64,000 nucleotides of DNA from Candidatus Altimarinota bacterium (GTDB lineage Bacteria; Patescibacteriota; Gracilibacteria; UBA1369; GCA-2718715). The stretch spans positions 896,001 to 960,000 of the forward strand of contig JBESAV010000001.1 of the NCBI GenBank assembly GCA_041242255.1, written 5' to 3'. Of this stretch, positions 51,249 to 60,534 are shown one piece after another (position 1 is the first letter of the stretch; each line of letters starts with the position of its first letter). The position numbers and the translations under genes were made by a program. The notes below the pieces were generated by a model that was given only the letters and a program-made list of their open reading frames with translations, had not been told where the DNA came from and did no database searches.

Positions 51249-52307
51249 ATGAACTCACAAATTTTTAACGAACTCTCTACAAACTTAACCCTAATTCTAG
51301 GATCGTCAGCATTTACTTTCCTTTTAGTTACAACTCTAACTGGACCATTCACCAGAATTTTAAAAAAATTCCAATTCGGCCAACAAATCCGTGAAGAAGC
51401 CATGGACGGAAAAGATGCAAAACTTTTTAAAGATCTTCACAAACACAAAAAAAACACCCCAACAATGGGAGGATTACTCATATGGGGGTCAATCCTAGTT
51501 TTATCAATCGTGACATTCATTCTACAAGAACTAGATATCATCCAGTACGGACTAATCAACAGAAGAGAAACATACCTTCCTTTATTTACACTTTTCTCAT
51601 TTGGACTTCTTGGACTTGTAGACGACATTTTCAATGTAAAAAAAATCGGAACAGTCAAAGGAATAAGATCTCTTCCCAAACTAACCTGGATGTTACTTCT
51701 CAGTGGATTAGGAGCTTGGTGGTTCAATACGAAACTTGGTTACAGCAGCATCGACCTACTAGGAATGAACCTAGAGCTAGGTGTATTCTACATACCTCTT
51801 TTCATTCTTTTTGTAACTGGATTTGCCAACGCTGTAAATTTTACTGATGGACTAGACGGCCTTGCAGCAGGACTATCAATCATGTCATTTGCCTCACTTG
51901 GTTTCATAGCCTTCCTGAACAGCCAATGGATACTATTCACCTTCTGTGCCAGCCTCTGCGGAGCAATAGCAGGGTTTCTATGGAACAACATACCACCAGC
52001 CAAATTCTTTATGGGTGACACCGGAGCTCTCAGCCTTGGAGCAACCATGGCCGTCACAGCTTTCATGATAGATGAAGTCCTTTTATTACTTTTCATTGGA
52101 TTTATTTTCATCATCGAGACTCTATCAGTTATCATCCAACTAACTTCAAAAAAATTACGTAATAAAAAAGTATTCCACATTGCACCACTACATCATCATT
52201 TTGAATATCTTGGATGGCCAGAGTTTCGTGTAACGATGCGTTTCTGGACCATAAGTATGTTCTCATGCATGCTTGGACTGATCCTAACTCTAGCCAACAT
52301 CATCTAA
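51249..52307 (+). CDS. mraY: Phospho-N-acetylmuramoyl-pentapeptide transferase
   Basis: TPTMGG, GLVDD, NAVNFTDGLDGL, FMGDTG, APLHHHFE. Confidence 0.96.
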   Translation: MNSQIFNELSTNLTLILGSSAFTFLLVTTLTGPFTRILKKFQFGQQIREEAMDGKDAKLFKDLHKHKKNTPTMGGLLIWGSILVLSIVTFILQELDIIQYGLINRRETYLPLFTLFSFGLLGLVDDIFNVKKIGTVKGIRSLPKLTWMLLLSGLGAWWFNTKLGYSSIDLLGMNLELGVFYIPLFILFVTGFANAVNFTDGLDGLAAGLSIMSFASLGFIAFLNSQWILFTFCASLCGAIAGFLWNNIPPAKFFMGDTGALSLGATMAVTAFMIDEVLLLLFIGFIFIIETLSVIIQLTSKKLRNKKVFHIAPLHHHFEYLGWPEFRVTMRFWTISMFSCMLGLILTLANII

Positions 52308-52311
52308 AACT

Positions 52312-52345
52312 AAAAAGCCCTCTCCAATAAAGAAAGGGCTTTTTT
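52312..52345. terminator. Bidirectional terminator between convergent genes
   Basis: AAAAAGCCCT...AGGGCTTTTTT. Confidence 0.8.
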
Positions 52346-52360
52346 CATCTATAAACTATT

Positions 52361-54193
52361 TTAATTTTCTTCTCTACTAGGAATAATAACTTCCTCTACT
52401 TCAGGCACTTCAACATTTTCTTCACCATCTAGCTCAGCTTCTTCTTCCTCTGAGCTATTTTCAGTTTCAGTCACAACTTCATTCTCCAACTCATCCAATT
52501 CTATTTTAGTCTTGATAACATCTTCCTCCACAATCTCACTCTCTTCAGAAACTTCTTCATCAATCTCAATTCCAATTTCCTTAATCTTATCTTTAAGCAC
52601 TGGAGCCTCATCTTCATCAACTAACTCACTCAAATCAATAACTCTCTCCTGAATCAACTTAGACAAATCCTCATCCAACTCTTCTCCACTCATCTGAGCT
52701 TCTTTTAGTGTTTCCGTAAAATCTACCACAACTTTATTTACCTTTTCTTTTTGTTGCTCAATTGTATTATCATCTACAACAAGATCAGTATCCACACTGG
52801 TAATCTTATCAATTTCCTCATCCAACTGTTTCAACTTAACTTTAACCTTTTCACCTGAAGCCTCAGCTACTTTAAGCTCTGTATTCAATAAAGCCTCTTT
52901 AATATCATCTTCTTTATCCTCAGCCAAGATTTCTCTCTTATGATTTTCCACAAGCACTTTAGCATCATTCTTAAGTTTAGCTGACCCTTCAACATCTTTC
53001 TTATCTGTCTCAACTTTTGAAGCAATATCCAACACATTACCTAAGTTTTTCTGATAAGCATCAATAGTCTTTTTCGCTAAATCTTTTTTACCTTCTACAG
53101 AAAGTATTCTAGCTTCATGAAGCTTCTCATCAGCAATCTCCAACTCAACCTCAGCCTTCCTAACCGGATCAACAGTTAAAGCCAACTTAGCGGCTCTCTG
53201 AGCTTCCTTTAATGGATACCACAAACTATCAGGAGTCACTTTCACCTTATCTTTACTAGCCAATATACTTGTCTCCACTAAAGACTCCTCATAAAGTCTA
53301 TCTTTCTTCATATTATCCAAATACCAAGTTCTTTGATTAATCTTCAAGTCATCCGCCATAAGTACGGTATCTACTACAGATATTGAGTCTTGCTCTTTTT
53401 TAACTTTAATCAAATCCCCTTTTCTCAAAACCGAAGTTTGAAACTGACCTTTATTCTTGTAATTAACCTCAGCACTCTCTCCAAAAACAGCAACCTGACC
53501 AAATAAATCATTAACTTCTAAATTAATCACAGAATCATCATCAACTTCAATCAGCATCTCAGCCGTCTTAAAATTATACTCAGACAAACGGTCTGCCCCT
53601 CCAAAAGCATTAAACCAGAGACTTCCTCTCTTAACAGTCATAGATGAATCTGTCTTTCCAGAAAAGTTATCCACATCATCAATAACTATCTCGGAATTAC
53701 TATCTAGTCTCATTATAGATTTATCTGCAAAAATCATTTCCACAAACCCTCCATCAGTCATAATCCTATCACTAGGGTTGACATTAAAGCCAGGATAAGC
53801 CAAAAGCTCTTTCCCCAATCGGATAACCTTAACTTCACCGCTCACAGCAGATATAGAAATAGGAGAACTCGCATTCGCAGTCTCAATACCATCTCCATAG
53901 TCAAAAACAGACGTAAAGACTAGGGCCAATGCCATAAAACCAGCAGCAAAAGTCTGCATATAAGATTTCCACCCTAAAGCATTCTCTTTGATATTCATTA
54001 TTGTATAAAGCTTCTCTTTCAAAAGAACCTTATCTCTTAAACTCATTGTAGGTTCATTAAAAGCCTTACTCAAACTATTAACTTCAGAAATTTTCTCATC
54101 AACCAAAAAAGATCTAAAATCCCCAGTTTTCTGGTATTTTTTAGACTTAAAAGTCTGATCCAAATCTGATAAAAATTTCTTATTTATATTCAT
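52361..54193 (-). CDS. Putative anti-sigma factor: TM + FecR-like + DUF5667 + acidic tail
   Basis: SGEVKV...DRIMTDGG...FADKSIMRLDSNSEI (FecR-like); TPDSLWYPLKE...KAEVELEIADEKLHEA (DUF5667-like); follows the ECF sigma gene. Confidence 0.78.
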   Translation of the reverse strand: MNINKKFLSDLDQTFKSKKYQKTGDFRSFLVDEKISEVNSLSKAFNEPTMSLRDKVLLKEKLYTIMNIKENALGWKSYMQTFAAGFMALALVFTSVFDYGDGIETANASSPISISAVSGEVKVIRLGKELLAYPGFNVNPSDRIMTDGGFVEMIFADKSIMRLDSNSEIVIDDVDNFSGKTDSSMTVKRGSLWFNAFGGADRLSEYNFKTAEMLIEVDDDSVINLEVNDLFGQVAVFGESAEVNYKNKGQFQTSVLRKGDLIKVKKEQDSISVVDTVLMADDLKINQRTWYLDNMKKDRLYEESLVETSILASKDKVKVTPDSLWYPLKEAQRAAKLALTVDPVRKAEVELEIADEKLHEARILSVEGKKDLAKKTIDAYQKNLGNVLDIASKVETDKKDVEGSAKLKNDAKVLVENHKREILAEDKEDDIKEALLNTELKVAEASGEKVKVKLKQLDEEIDKITSVDTDLVVDDNTIEQQKEKVNKVVVDFTETLKEAQMSGEELDEDLSKLIQERVIDLSELVDEDEAPVLKDKIKEIGIEIDEEVSEESEIVEEDVIKTKIELDELENEVVTETENSSEEEEAELDGEENVEVPEVEEVIIPSREEN

Positions 54194-54216
54194 ATTTTTC
54201 TTACTTCACACAATTG

Positions 54217-54241
54217 TACGAAAGTTTTACAAAAATGTTAC
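54217..54241 (-). promoter_or_regulatory. ECF-type promoter upstream of the anti-sigma gene
   Basis: Minus strand GTAAC-N16-CGTA in the 55-nt sigma/anti-sigma gap. Confidence 0.6.
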
Positions 54242-54248
54242 TTATTAT

Positions 54249-54824
54249 TTAAAAATCCTCATAGTCAAACCCCATTTCAGTCAAAACATCCTTCAACTCA
54301 TTCAAAGCTCTATACTGCATTACCCTTACAGTCCCCTCTTTCTTTTTTAATATTTTAGAAACCTCTGTATAAGATAATTCCTCCACAAATCTGAAAATAA
54401 CTAATTCTTTATTATTTTCAGAAATCTTATCCAAAGCTTCTTTCAAAACATCAGAGTTCAAAGTACCATCAACTTTATCCTTAATGTCTCCACCATCAGT
54501 TTCAGAATGACTAACAGGAATCTCCACGGTCTCTTTTTTTGTCCTGTAAAAGTCAATCACCGTATTCCTAGCAATATTATAAAGCCAAGTCCCAAACGAA
54601 CTCTTCTTAGGGTTAAAGCTATCTTTACTTTCAAATACCTTCAAGAAAGCAATCTCAACCAGGTCCTCCACGTCTTTTTCATCTTTAACTTTGTAATAAA
54701 TAAAACGATATAGATTATCAATATAATAATCATATAGCTCACCAAAAGCCTCATTCTCTCCTTTCAACCATCTAGTAACTAACTTTTGGATATCCTTCTC
54801 GCTCTTCTTTTTGGGTGTATCCAT
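54249..54824 (-). CDS. ECF RNA polymerase sigma factor
   Basis: AFGELYD, DVEDLV..AFLK, FGTWLYNIARN.VID, region 4 LSYTEVS.IL...EGTVRVMQYRAL. Confidence 0.93.
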   Translation of the reverse strand: MDTPKKKSEKDIQKLVTRWLKGENEAFGELYDYYIDNLYRFIYYKVKDEKDVEDLVEIAFLKVFESKDSFNPKKSSFGTWLYNIARNTVIDFYRTKKETVEIPVSHSETDGGDIKDKVDGTLNSDVLKEALDKISENNKELVIFRFVEELSYTEVSKILKKKEGTVRVMQYRALNELKDVLTEMGFDYEDF

Positions 54825-54897
54825 TCAAACTTTTATACACCCAATTAATAGATTATTTATCCACTCTTGTCAATCAAGACAAGCCCTTATTCACAAG

Positions 54898-55812
54898 CTA
54901 ACTACTCAATATATCCTGTAGTTTCTTAGCTAAACTTAAAGCATTATCCATTTCTCTTTTCCACATATTCCGCCCATAAATCAACCCAAATGCCCCAGCC
55001 TCCTTTGCATATTTTGTATTTTCAATAACTTCTTTTTCATCTTTCTTTCCACCTCCACTAAAAAGAACTGGAATACCAGCCGCAGCCTCCACCACTCTCT
55101 TTGTTCTGATCAACTTCCTCTCATGTTCGGTCTTTTTCATCATTTCCTTTTCAAAATCCCTAAACTCTTTCGGAATCAACTTATTTTCTATAAAACTATC
55201 TTCAGGATCAGATGGAATATTTGATTTCACAACGGTAGCACCCATTTCAACTGCCAATCTAGCCGCACTTTCCAAGGCATAACTAGTTTTAGTTCCACCT
55301 TTAGCATCCATAGCTTCTCCTCTCGGATAAGCCCAAACTATTAAAGGAAGATCATACTTCTCACACTCCTGACGTACTCTCGCCAACTGAGGAAGATCTT
55401 CATCTTGTCTATCAGAACCGTAGTACAGTGTATAACCTATACCAGAAGCTCCTAACTCATAAGCATCTTTCACAAAGCTAGTGTGTGTACTTAATGCATG
55501 ATCTTGTGATGGAATGGAAGTCTTACCATTTACCTTTACCACAAGTGGAATCTTCTTATTCCATTTTTTCCAAAATCTTTTTGCAACACCATAATGCACA
55601 GCAACTGCGTTAAAACCACCTTTCACCGCTAGCTCCATAATAAAATCAGGGTCATTAGCTCTCTTATGTGCAAAACTATGTCTGTTATCATGCTCCACAA
55701 ACTGATCATAAGGAAGCATCATACAATGACCACTATCCATAACCATCTTCATCATATTTTTCTTTTCTCCTTTACTAAACCAAGCTTTTTCGAAAAATTT
55801 CATTCTACTCAT
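54898..55812 (-). CDS. Class I (DhnA/archaeal-type) fructose-bisphosphate aldolase
   Basis: LPYDQFVEH, GYTLYYGS, VWAYPRG, Schiff-base Lys in VVKSN, FSGG, GRNMW. Confidence 0.88.
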   Translation of the reverse strand: MSRMKFFEKAWFSKGEKKNMMKMVMDSGHCMMLPYDQFVEHDNRHSFAHKRANDPDFIMELAVKGGFNAVAVHYGVAKRFWKKWNKKIPLVVKVNGKTSIPSQDHALSTHTSFVKDAYELGASGIGYTLYYGSDRQDEDLPQLARVRQECEKYDLPLIVWAYPRGEAMDAKGGTKTSYALESAARLAVEMGATVVKSNIPSDPEDSFIENKLIPKEFRDFEKEMMKKTEHERKLIRTKRVVEAAAGIPVLFSGGGKKDEKEVIENTKYAKEAGAFGLIYGRNMWKREMDNALSLAKKLQDILSS

Positions 55813-55838
55813 AACAAATATTTAAATATCTATTTATT

Positions 55839-56084
55839 CTACCACAAAAACTCAATATTTTCAGGCTCAACCATCCCCTCCCCTCCTTTCACTCCATCTA
55901 AAGATTGAAGGTCAGATAACCTTTGCTGTTCATCCTGCCTATTCTCCATCAACTGAGATCTTTCGTATTTAAGTTTATAACTCTCTTTCTCAAAATCAGA
56001 TTGAACATGAAAAGTCATCACATAACCAACAAACAAAACTCCAATAAAAATCAACCACATACTTACCAAAGAAAATCTCCCCAT
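55839..56084 (-). CDS. Putative FtsL-like cell division protein (start uncertain, possibly up to 56159)
   Basis: Single TM plus short coiled coil, directly downstream of rsmH, ending GMVEPENIEFLW. Confidence 0.55.
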   Translation of the reverse strand: MGRFSLVSMWLIFIGVLFVGYVMTFHVQSDFEKESYKLKYERSQLMENRQDEQQRLSDLQSLDGVKGGEGMVEPENIEFLW

Positions 56085-56168
56085 ATAAAAAGAATAGAGA
56101 AGCCCATAAGACTTCCCTATTTTTCCATGACCCAATATCTGAGGCGTTTCTTTTTTCAAATTTCTAAC

Positions 56169-57086
56169 TTAGAGCTTTTCAATTACTCTCATTTTAGCAC
56201 TTCTAGCTCTTGGATTTTCTTCAATCTCCTTGTCTGAAGGAACAATTATTTTTCTATTTACCAATTTTATTAGTGGTTCACCATGTACCGATTTAAGTGC
56301 TTCCATTTCATTCTTAGGCTCAGGCTTCAAAAGTTCGTTGAAATACTGCTTCACTATTCTATCCTCCAATGAATGATAACTAATCACAGCCATTCTTCCA
56401 CCTGGATTCATTAGCTCAAACATTTTTCTAATACCTTTGTAAACTTTATTAAGCTCATCATTTACAGAAATTCTCAACGCTTGGAAAATACAAGCTAATC
56501 TCTTCGATCTATGCTTTACTGGTAAATAATCATCAATTCTCTCCACAAAGTCCAATGTATACTTAAATGGAGCTTTTTCCCTTTCTTCTACAATAATAGT
56601 TGCTAGCTTAGGAGCCGCAGGTAATTCACCATAATTTCTAAACAACTCAGTCAATTTCTCATGACTAAGGTTATTCAGAATCATTGCAGCTGTGATGTTT
56701 TCATTTTGATTATATCTCATATCTAAAGGCCCATTGTGCTTGTATGAAAACCCATTTTCAGCATTATCCAAATGCGGTGAAGACAACCCAAGATCAAGCA
56801 ATATTTTATCCAAACCATCCAACTTCATAACCTTAGAATAATGATCAACTCTATCAAAACTATCGTTTATATATGCAATTTTACCCTCAAACTTCTTCAA
56901 ATTTTGACGAGCTTTTTGCATATTTCTTCTATCCAAATCAAAAGCATACAATTTACCACCATCAATAAGTTTAACCATCTCTTTCGTGTGACCACCAAGT
57001 CCAAGAGTTCCATCAACTACAATATCATTTGGCTGAATATCAAGCCTTTTCAAAACCTCATCTAAAAGGACAGGTACATGCTTCAT
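56169..57086 (-). CDS. rsmH: 16S rRNA m4C1402 methyltransferase
   Basis: HVPVLL, DGTLGLGGH, DLGLSS, PLDMR, FQALRISVN, SYHSLEDRIVK, NPRARSAKMR. Confidence 0.96.
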   Translation of the reverse strand: MKHVPVLLDEVLKRLDIQPNDIVVDGTLGLGGHTKEMVKLIDGGKLYAFDLDRRNMQKARQNLKKFEGKIAYINDSFDRVDHYSKVMKLDGLDKILLDLGLSSPHLDNAENGFSYKHNGPLDMRYNQNENITAAMILNNLSHEKLTELFRNYGELPAAPKLATIIVEEREKAPFKYTLDFVERIDDYLPVKHRSKRLACIFQALRISVNDELNKVYKGIRKMFELMNPGGRMAVISYHSLEDRIVKQYFNELLKPEPKNEMEALKSVHGEPLIKLVNRKIIVPSDKEIEENPRARSAKMRVIEKL

Positions 57087-57226
57087 AGATAGTCCCACTT
57101 CATCAAAATACATATGTTAATTCAAAATTATAGTGTGCAATTTATAACATCAAACCCACCCCAAAGTCAAATTATCGCAGCACCAAAACAATCAGAATCA
57201 GGCTTTTTATAAAGCAATACTCAAAT

Positions 57227-57898
57227 CTAATTTTCTTTCAACTTATACCTTCCAACTAGCTCATCCGATACTCTACCAGACCTCAAAACGGATATAACAT
57301 TATCATCAACCTTCACCACAGAAGAAGGAGCCTCATATTCAAGTACACCTGCATCAACAATCAGATCGATCTCCAAAAAGCTATCTCCCATCTGCTCCTG
57401 CAACTCATGCAACGAGTAACAACTAGGCTTACCATGCACATTCGCAGAAGTCGTAAACAATGGCTTTCCAAGCTTCCTAGATAGTTTCGTCATCAAATTA
57501 TGTTCAGGTAAACGAACCCCAACAAACTTCCCCTCCTTCATATTCTCATATTCTAAACACCCATCATCAAAATCCAAATCATTATCTTTGTTACCTCTCG
57601 CCACTATCGTCAAAAACCCAGGTAAATACTCCTCTACCAGTTCAGCTGTCACAAGATCCAAATCCAAGAAATCAACCAGCATTGCCTTATCTCCCATACA
57701 CAAACTTATCATTTTATCCTCAGGCATCTGTTTTAACTTCCGGATCTTGTCCCTAACCTCATAGTTACTTGAGTCACCCGTAAAACCATAACAAGTATCT
57801 GCCGCCATAAGAACAACCTTTCCTGATTCTATGTACTGATAGATCTCATCAAATATTTTCTCAAAATCAAATTTACCCTCAAGTTTCAAATGCCTCAT
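57227..57898 (-). CDS. tsaC: L-threonylcarbamoyladenylate synthase (YrdC/Sua5)
   Basis: DTCYG, LPGFLT, VGVRLP, TTSAN, PSSVV, LRSG. Confidence 0.88.
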   Translation of the reverse strand: MRHLKLEGKFDFEKIFDEIYQYIESGKVVLMAADTCYGFTGDSSNYEVRDKIRKLKQMPEDKMISLCMGDKAMLVDFLDLDLVTAELVEEYLPGFLTIVARGNKDNDLDFDDGCLEYENMKEGKFVGVRLPEHNLMTKLSRKLGKPLFTTSANVHGKPSCYSLHELQEQMGDSFLEIDLIVDAGVLEYEAPSSVVKVDDNVISVLRSGRVSDELVGRYKLKEN

Positions 57899-57956
57899 GC
57901 TCTATAAATTAGATCAATAATAAGTTATAATTAGTACAATAATTTAACAAAATTTT

Positions 57957-58973
57957 ATGACTCCTGTCAAAGTTGCCATAAACGGATTCGGAAGAATCGG
58001 TCGACTTAGCTTCCGCGCCCATCTTAAACATAAAAAAATAAACATAGTAGCCATCAATGACCTTGCACCTATCGAACAAGCTACCCACCTACTAAAATGG
58101 GATTCTATCTACGGTCAGATTGGTCATGAAATATCCCACGACGAAGAAAACATATATATAGACGGTAATCCAGTAAAATACACTCAGATCAAAGACCCGG
58201 CTGAATTACCATGGAAAGAGAACCAAATTGACATTGTATTAGAGTGCACAGGAATCTTTAAAACCAAAGAACTTGCCTCCAAACATCTAGAAGCTGGAGC
58301 TAAAACCGTAATCCTATCAGCTCCAGGAAAAGGAGAAATCCCAACCTTCTGCTACGGTATCAACCACCAAAAGTACAACCCAGATCGCCAAACCATAATC
58401 TCAAATGCTTCATGTACAACTAACTGTATTGCCCCAGTAGCTAAAGTCATCGATGAAAACTTCCAAATCATCAACGGGTTCATGACCACAGTTCATTCCT
58501 ATACAAACAGCCAAGTTCTCGCCGACAGCTTCCACAAAAAAGACAACCGCCGTGCTAGAGCCGCTGCTCTATCTATTATCCCTACCTCAACAGGTGCAGC
58601 AAAAGCGTTAAGCTTAGTTCTACCAAACCTCAAAGATAAAATAAGCGGATCTGCGCTAAGAGTACCAACACCAACAGTTTCTATGATCGAGTTAATCTGT
58701 AACGTAAAAACTCCAACCACAGTTGAAGACATAAATTACGTTCTAGAAAAAGCTTCAGAAGGAACTCTTAAAGGGGTACTATCTGTTTCGCACGAACCAT
58801 TAGTTTCAACAGACTACACAGGTAACCCACACTCCTCAATCGTCGACGCAGAACTGACAGAATGTTTAGAAAAACACACCTTAAAAGTTGTAGCCTGGTA
58901 CGACAACGAATGGGGTTATTCCGAAAGACTGATCAACATGGCCGAATACGTTGCTGATCAAATGAACGCATAA
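57957..58973 (+). CDS. gap: Glyceraldehyde-3-phosphate dehydrogenase (type I)
   Basis: INGFGRIGR, SNASCTTNC, RVPT, WYDNEWGYS. Confidence 0.97.
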   Translation: MTPVKVAINGFGRIGRLSFRAHLKHKKINIVAINDLAPIEQATHLLKWDSIYGQIGHEISHDEENIYIDGNPVKYTQIKDPAELPWKENQIDIVLECTGIFKTKELASKHLEAGAKTVILSAPGKGEIPTFCYGINHQKYNPDRQTIISNASCTTNCIAPVAKVIDENFQIINGFMTTVHSYTNSQVLADSFHKKDNRRARAAALSIIPTSTGAAKALSLVLPNLKDKISGSALRVPTPTVSMIELICNVKTPTTVEDINYVLEKASEGTLKGVLSVSHEPLVSTDYTGNPHSSIVDAELTECLEKHTLKVVAWYDNEWGYSERLINMAEYVADQMNA

Positions 58974-58994
58974 AAAAAGCCCCCACAGGGGCTT
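58972..58994 (-). terminator. Intrinsic terminator for the small basic protein gene
   Basis: Minus strand AAGCCCC-tgtg-GGGGCTT continuing into a T run. Confidence 0.75.
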
Positions 58995-59015
58995 CATTCA
59001 AACTAGAAAAAGAAG

Positions 59016-59219
59016 TTATGCTTTTGCAGCCTCTTTTTTCTTTGTTGTTTTCTTAGCAGTAGTTTTTTTAGCTACTTTTTTCTTATCTTTCTTTGCATCT
59101 TTTGCTTCTTCCTCTCTTCTTTTTCTAGCTAAGAATTTGTTTCTTCTTTTTCTCTTTTTTGCTTTAGGAAAACTTTTCCCTACAAAACAATGTTGTTTTG
59201 ATGATGATCTATTACTCAT
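59016..59219 (-). CDS. Small highly basic Lys/Arg-rich protein (67 aa)
   Basis: KAKKRKRRNKFLARKRR and AKKTTAKKTTKKK; has its own terminator. Confidence 0.75.
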   Translation of the reverse strand: MSNRSSSKQHCFVGKSFPKAKKRKRRNKFLARKRREEEAKDAKKDKKKVAKKTTAKKTTKKKEAAKA

Positions 59220-59318
59220 TTCAAATGATTTACTTATTAGTGCCGCAAATATACAGATTTGCCAAACCTAAATCAAGTAATTATAATTTCGACACAATTC
59301 AAAACTGATTTATAAATA

Positions 59319-60035
59319 ATGCGCGAAAGACAACAAAAAATACTCAAAGCCATAATTCAAGAATTCATTAAGTCAGCTCAACCTGTTGGATCAAAAACCA
59401 TCATGGTTGGCTACAACTTTCAAGTAAGCCCTGCCACTATTCGTAGCGATATGGCCTCTCTAGAAAAAGAAGGCTTAGTTATTCAGCCACATACTTCAGC
59501 TGGAAGAATTCCTACAGACCTAGGGTACAGAGTTTTTGTTAACGACCTCCTCGACCTAGAAGAAGCAAGAAAAATTGCCAAACCACTACTTCAAGATGTA
59601 CGTCAAAAATTCCTGAAAGAACAAGTCAAAAAACGTATCCAAGATGCTGTATCAGTTCTATCAGAATCAACTCAAAACATCAGTTTTGCCACATTTCCAG
59701 ATTCAAGAGCCTTTTACTTAGGACTTAGTAACGTTCTAAAGAAACCAGAATTTTTCCAAGACCCACTTCAAGCCAGTCAAGTTATAGAAGTTTTTGAACA
59801 CAACGACAACTTCCTAAAAACAATCGACTCATTAGAGATAAGCCCAAACAAATCAGAAATATTCATCGGACAAGAAAATATTATCCCCGAAATCCAAAGT
59901 TGTAGTATGATCATATCCAAATACGCCCACCAAGACATCCAAGGTTATATCGGAATACTTGGGCCAACTAGAATGAATTACGCTACAAACTCTGTAATTC
60001 TCGAAGAAATAACTAAACTAATCAATCATGAATAA
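59319..60035 (+). CDS. hrcA: Heat-inducible transcription repressor (short form)
   Basis: RQQKILKAII, PVGS, SPATIR..M..LE, QPHTSAGRIPT, GILGPTRMNY. Confidence 0.95.
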   Translation: MRERQQKILKAIIQEFIKSAQPVGSKTIMVGYNFQVSPATIRSDMASLEKEGLVIQPHTSAGRIPTDLGYRVFVNDLLDLEEARKIAKPLLQDVRQKFLKEQVKKRIQDAVSVLSESTQNISFATFPDSRAFYLGLSNVLKKPEFFQDPLQASQVIEVFEHNDNFLKTIDSLEISPNKSEIFIGQENIIPEIQSCSMIISKYAHQDIQGYIGILGPTRMNYATNSVILEEITKLINHE

Positions 60036-60510
60036 AGACGACAAAAAAACTGAAACTACAGAACAAGATATTCAAACTCTTCAAGCAGATCTAGAAAATA
60101 TGACTAACACTGCCAAAAGAGCCTTAGCAGATCTTCAAAACTTCAAAAGACACGCCGAAGAACAACGCTCAACTCTTATGAACATGGGGCAAATCGACAT
60201 TATTACCAAAATAATGCCAATCTACGACAACCTTCAAAGAGCCATCTCACAAACCCCAGAAGAAATAAAAGATAACGACTGGGTAAAAGGAGTTCATAGT
60301 ATCCAAGAACAATTCCTCAAACTCCTCCAAAACTCAGGCCTAGAACTTCTTCCTGGAACCGGAAAACAAGCTGACCCAAACCACCACGAAATCATCACAG
60401 CAGTTCCAGGAGCACCTCAAAACCAAATCATAGAAACCCTAGAGCAAGGCTTCACATTTAACGACAAATTAATCAAACCATCAAAAGTAGTTGTAGGTTC
60501 AGATCAATAA
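60028..60510 (+). CDS. grpE: Nucleotide exchange factor GrpE
   Basis: RALADLQNFKR, DNLQRA, DPNHHE, GF......IKPSKVVV. Confidence 0.93.
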   Translation: MNKDDKKTETTEQDIQTLQADLENMTNTAKRALADLQNFKRHAEEQRSTLMNMGQIDIITKIMPIYDNLQRAISQTPEEIKDNDWVKGVHSIQEQFLKLLQNSGLELLPGTGKQADPNHHEIITAVPGAPQNQIIETLEQGFTFNDKLIKPSKVVVGSDQ

Positions 60511-60532
60511 AAAGCCTCTTCAGAGGCTTTTT
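60509..60532. terminator. Bidirectional terminator
   Basis: AAAAAGCCTC-ttca-GAGGCTTTTT. Confidence 0.85.
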
Positions 60533-60534
60533 CT

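Noticed and set aside
57087-57170. MraZ-box GTGGG repeats upstream of rsmH
   Set aside because: Only two widely separated GTGGG occurrences, not the regularly spaced array, and no mraZ gene is present
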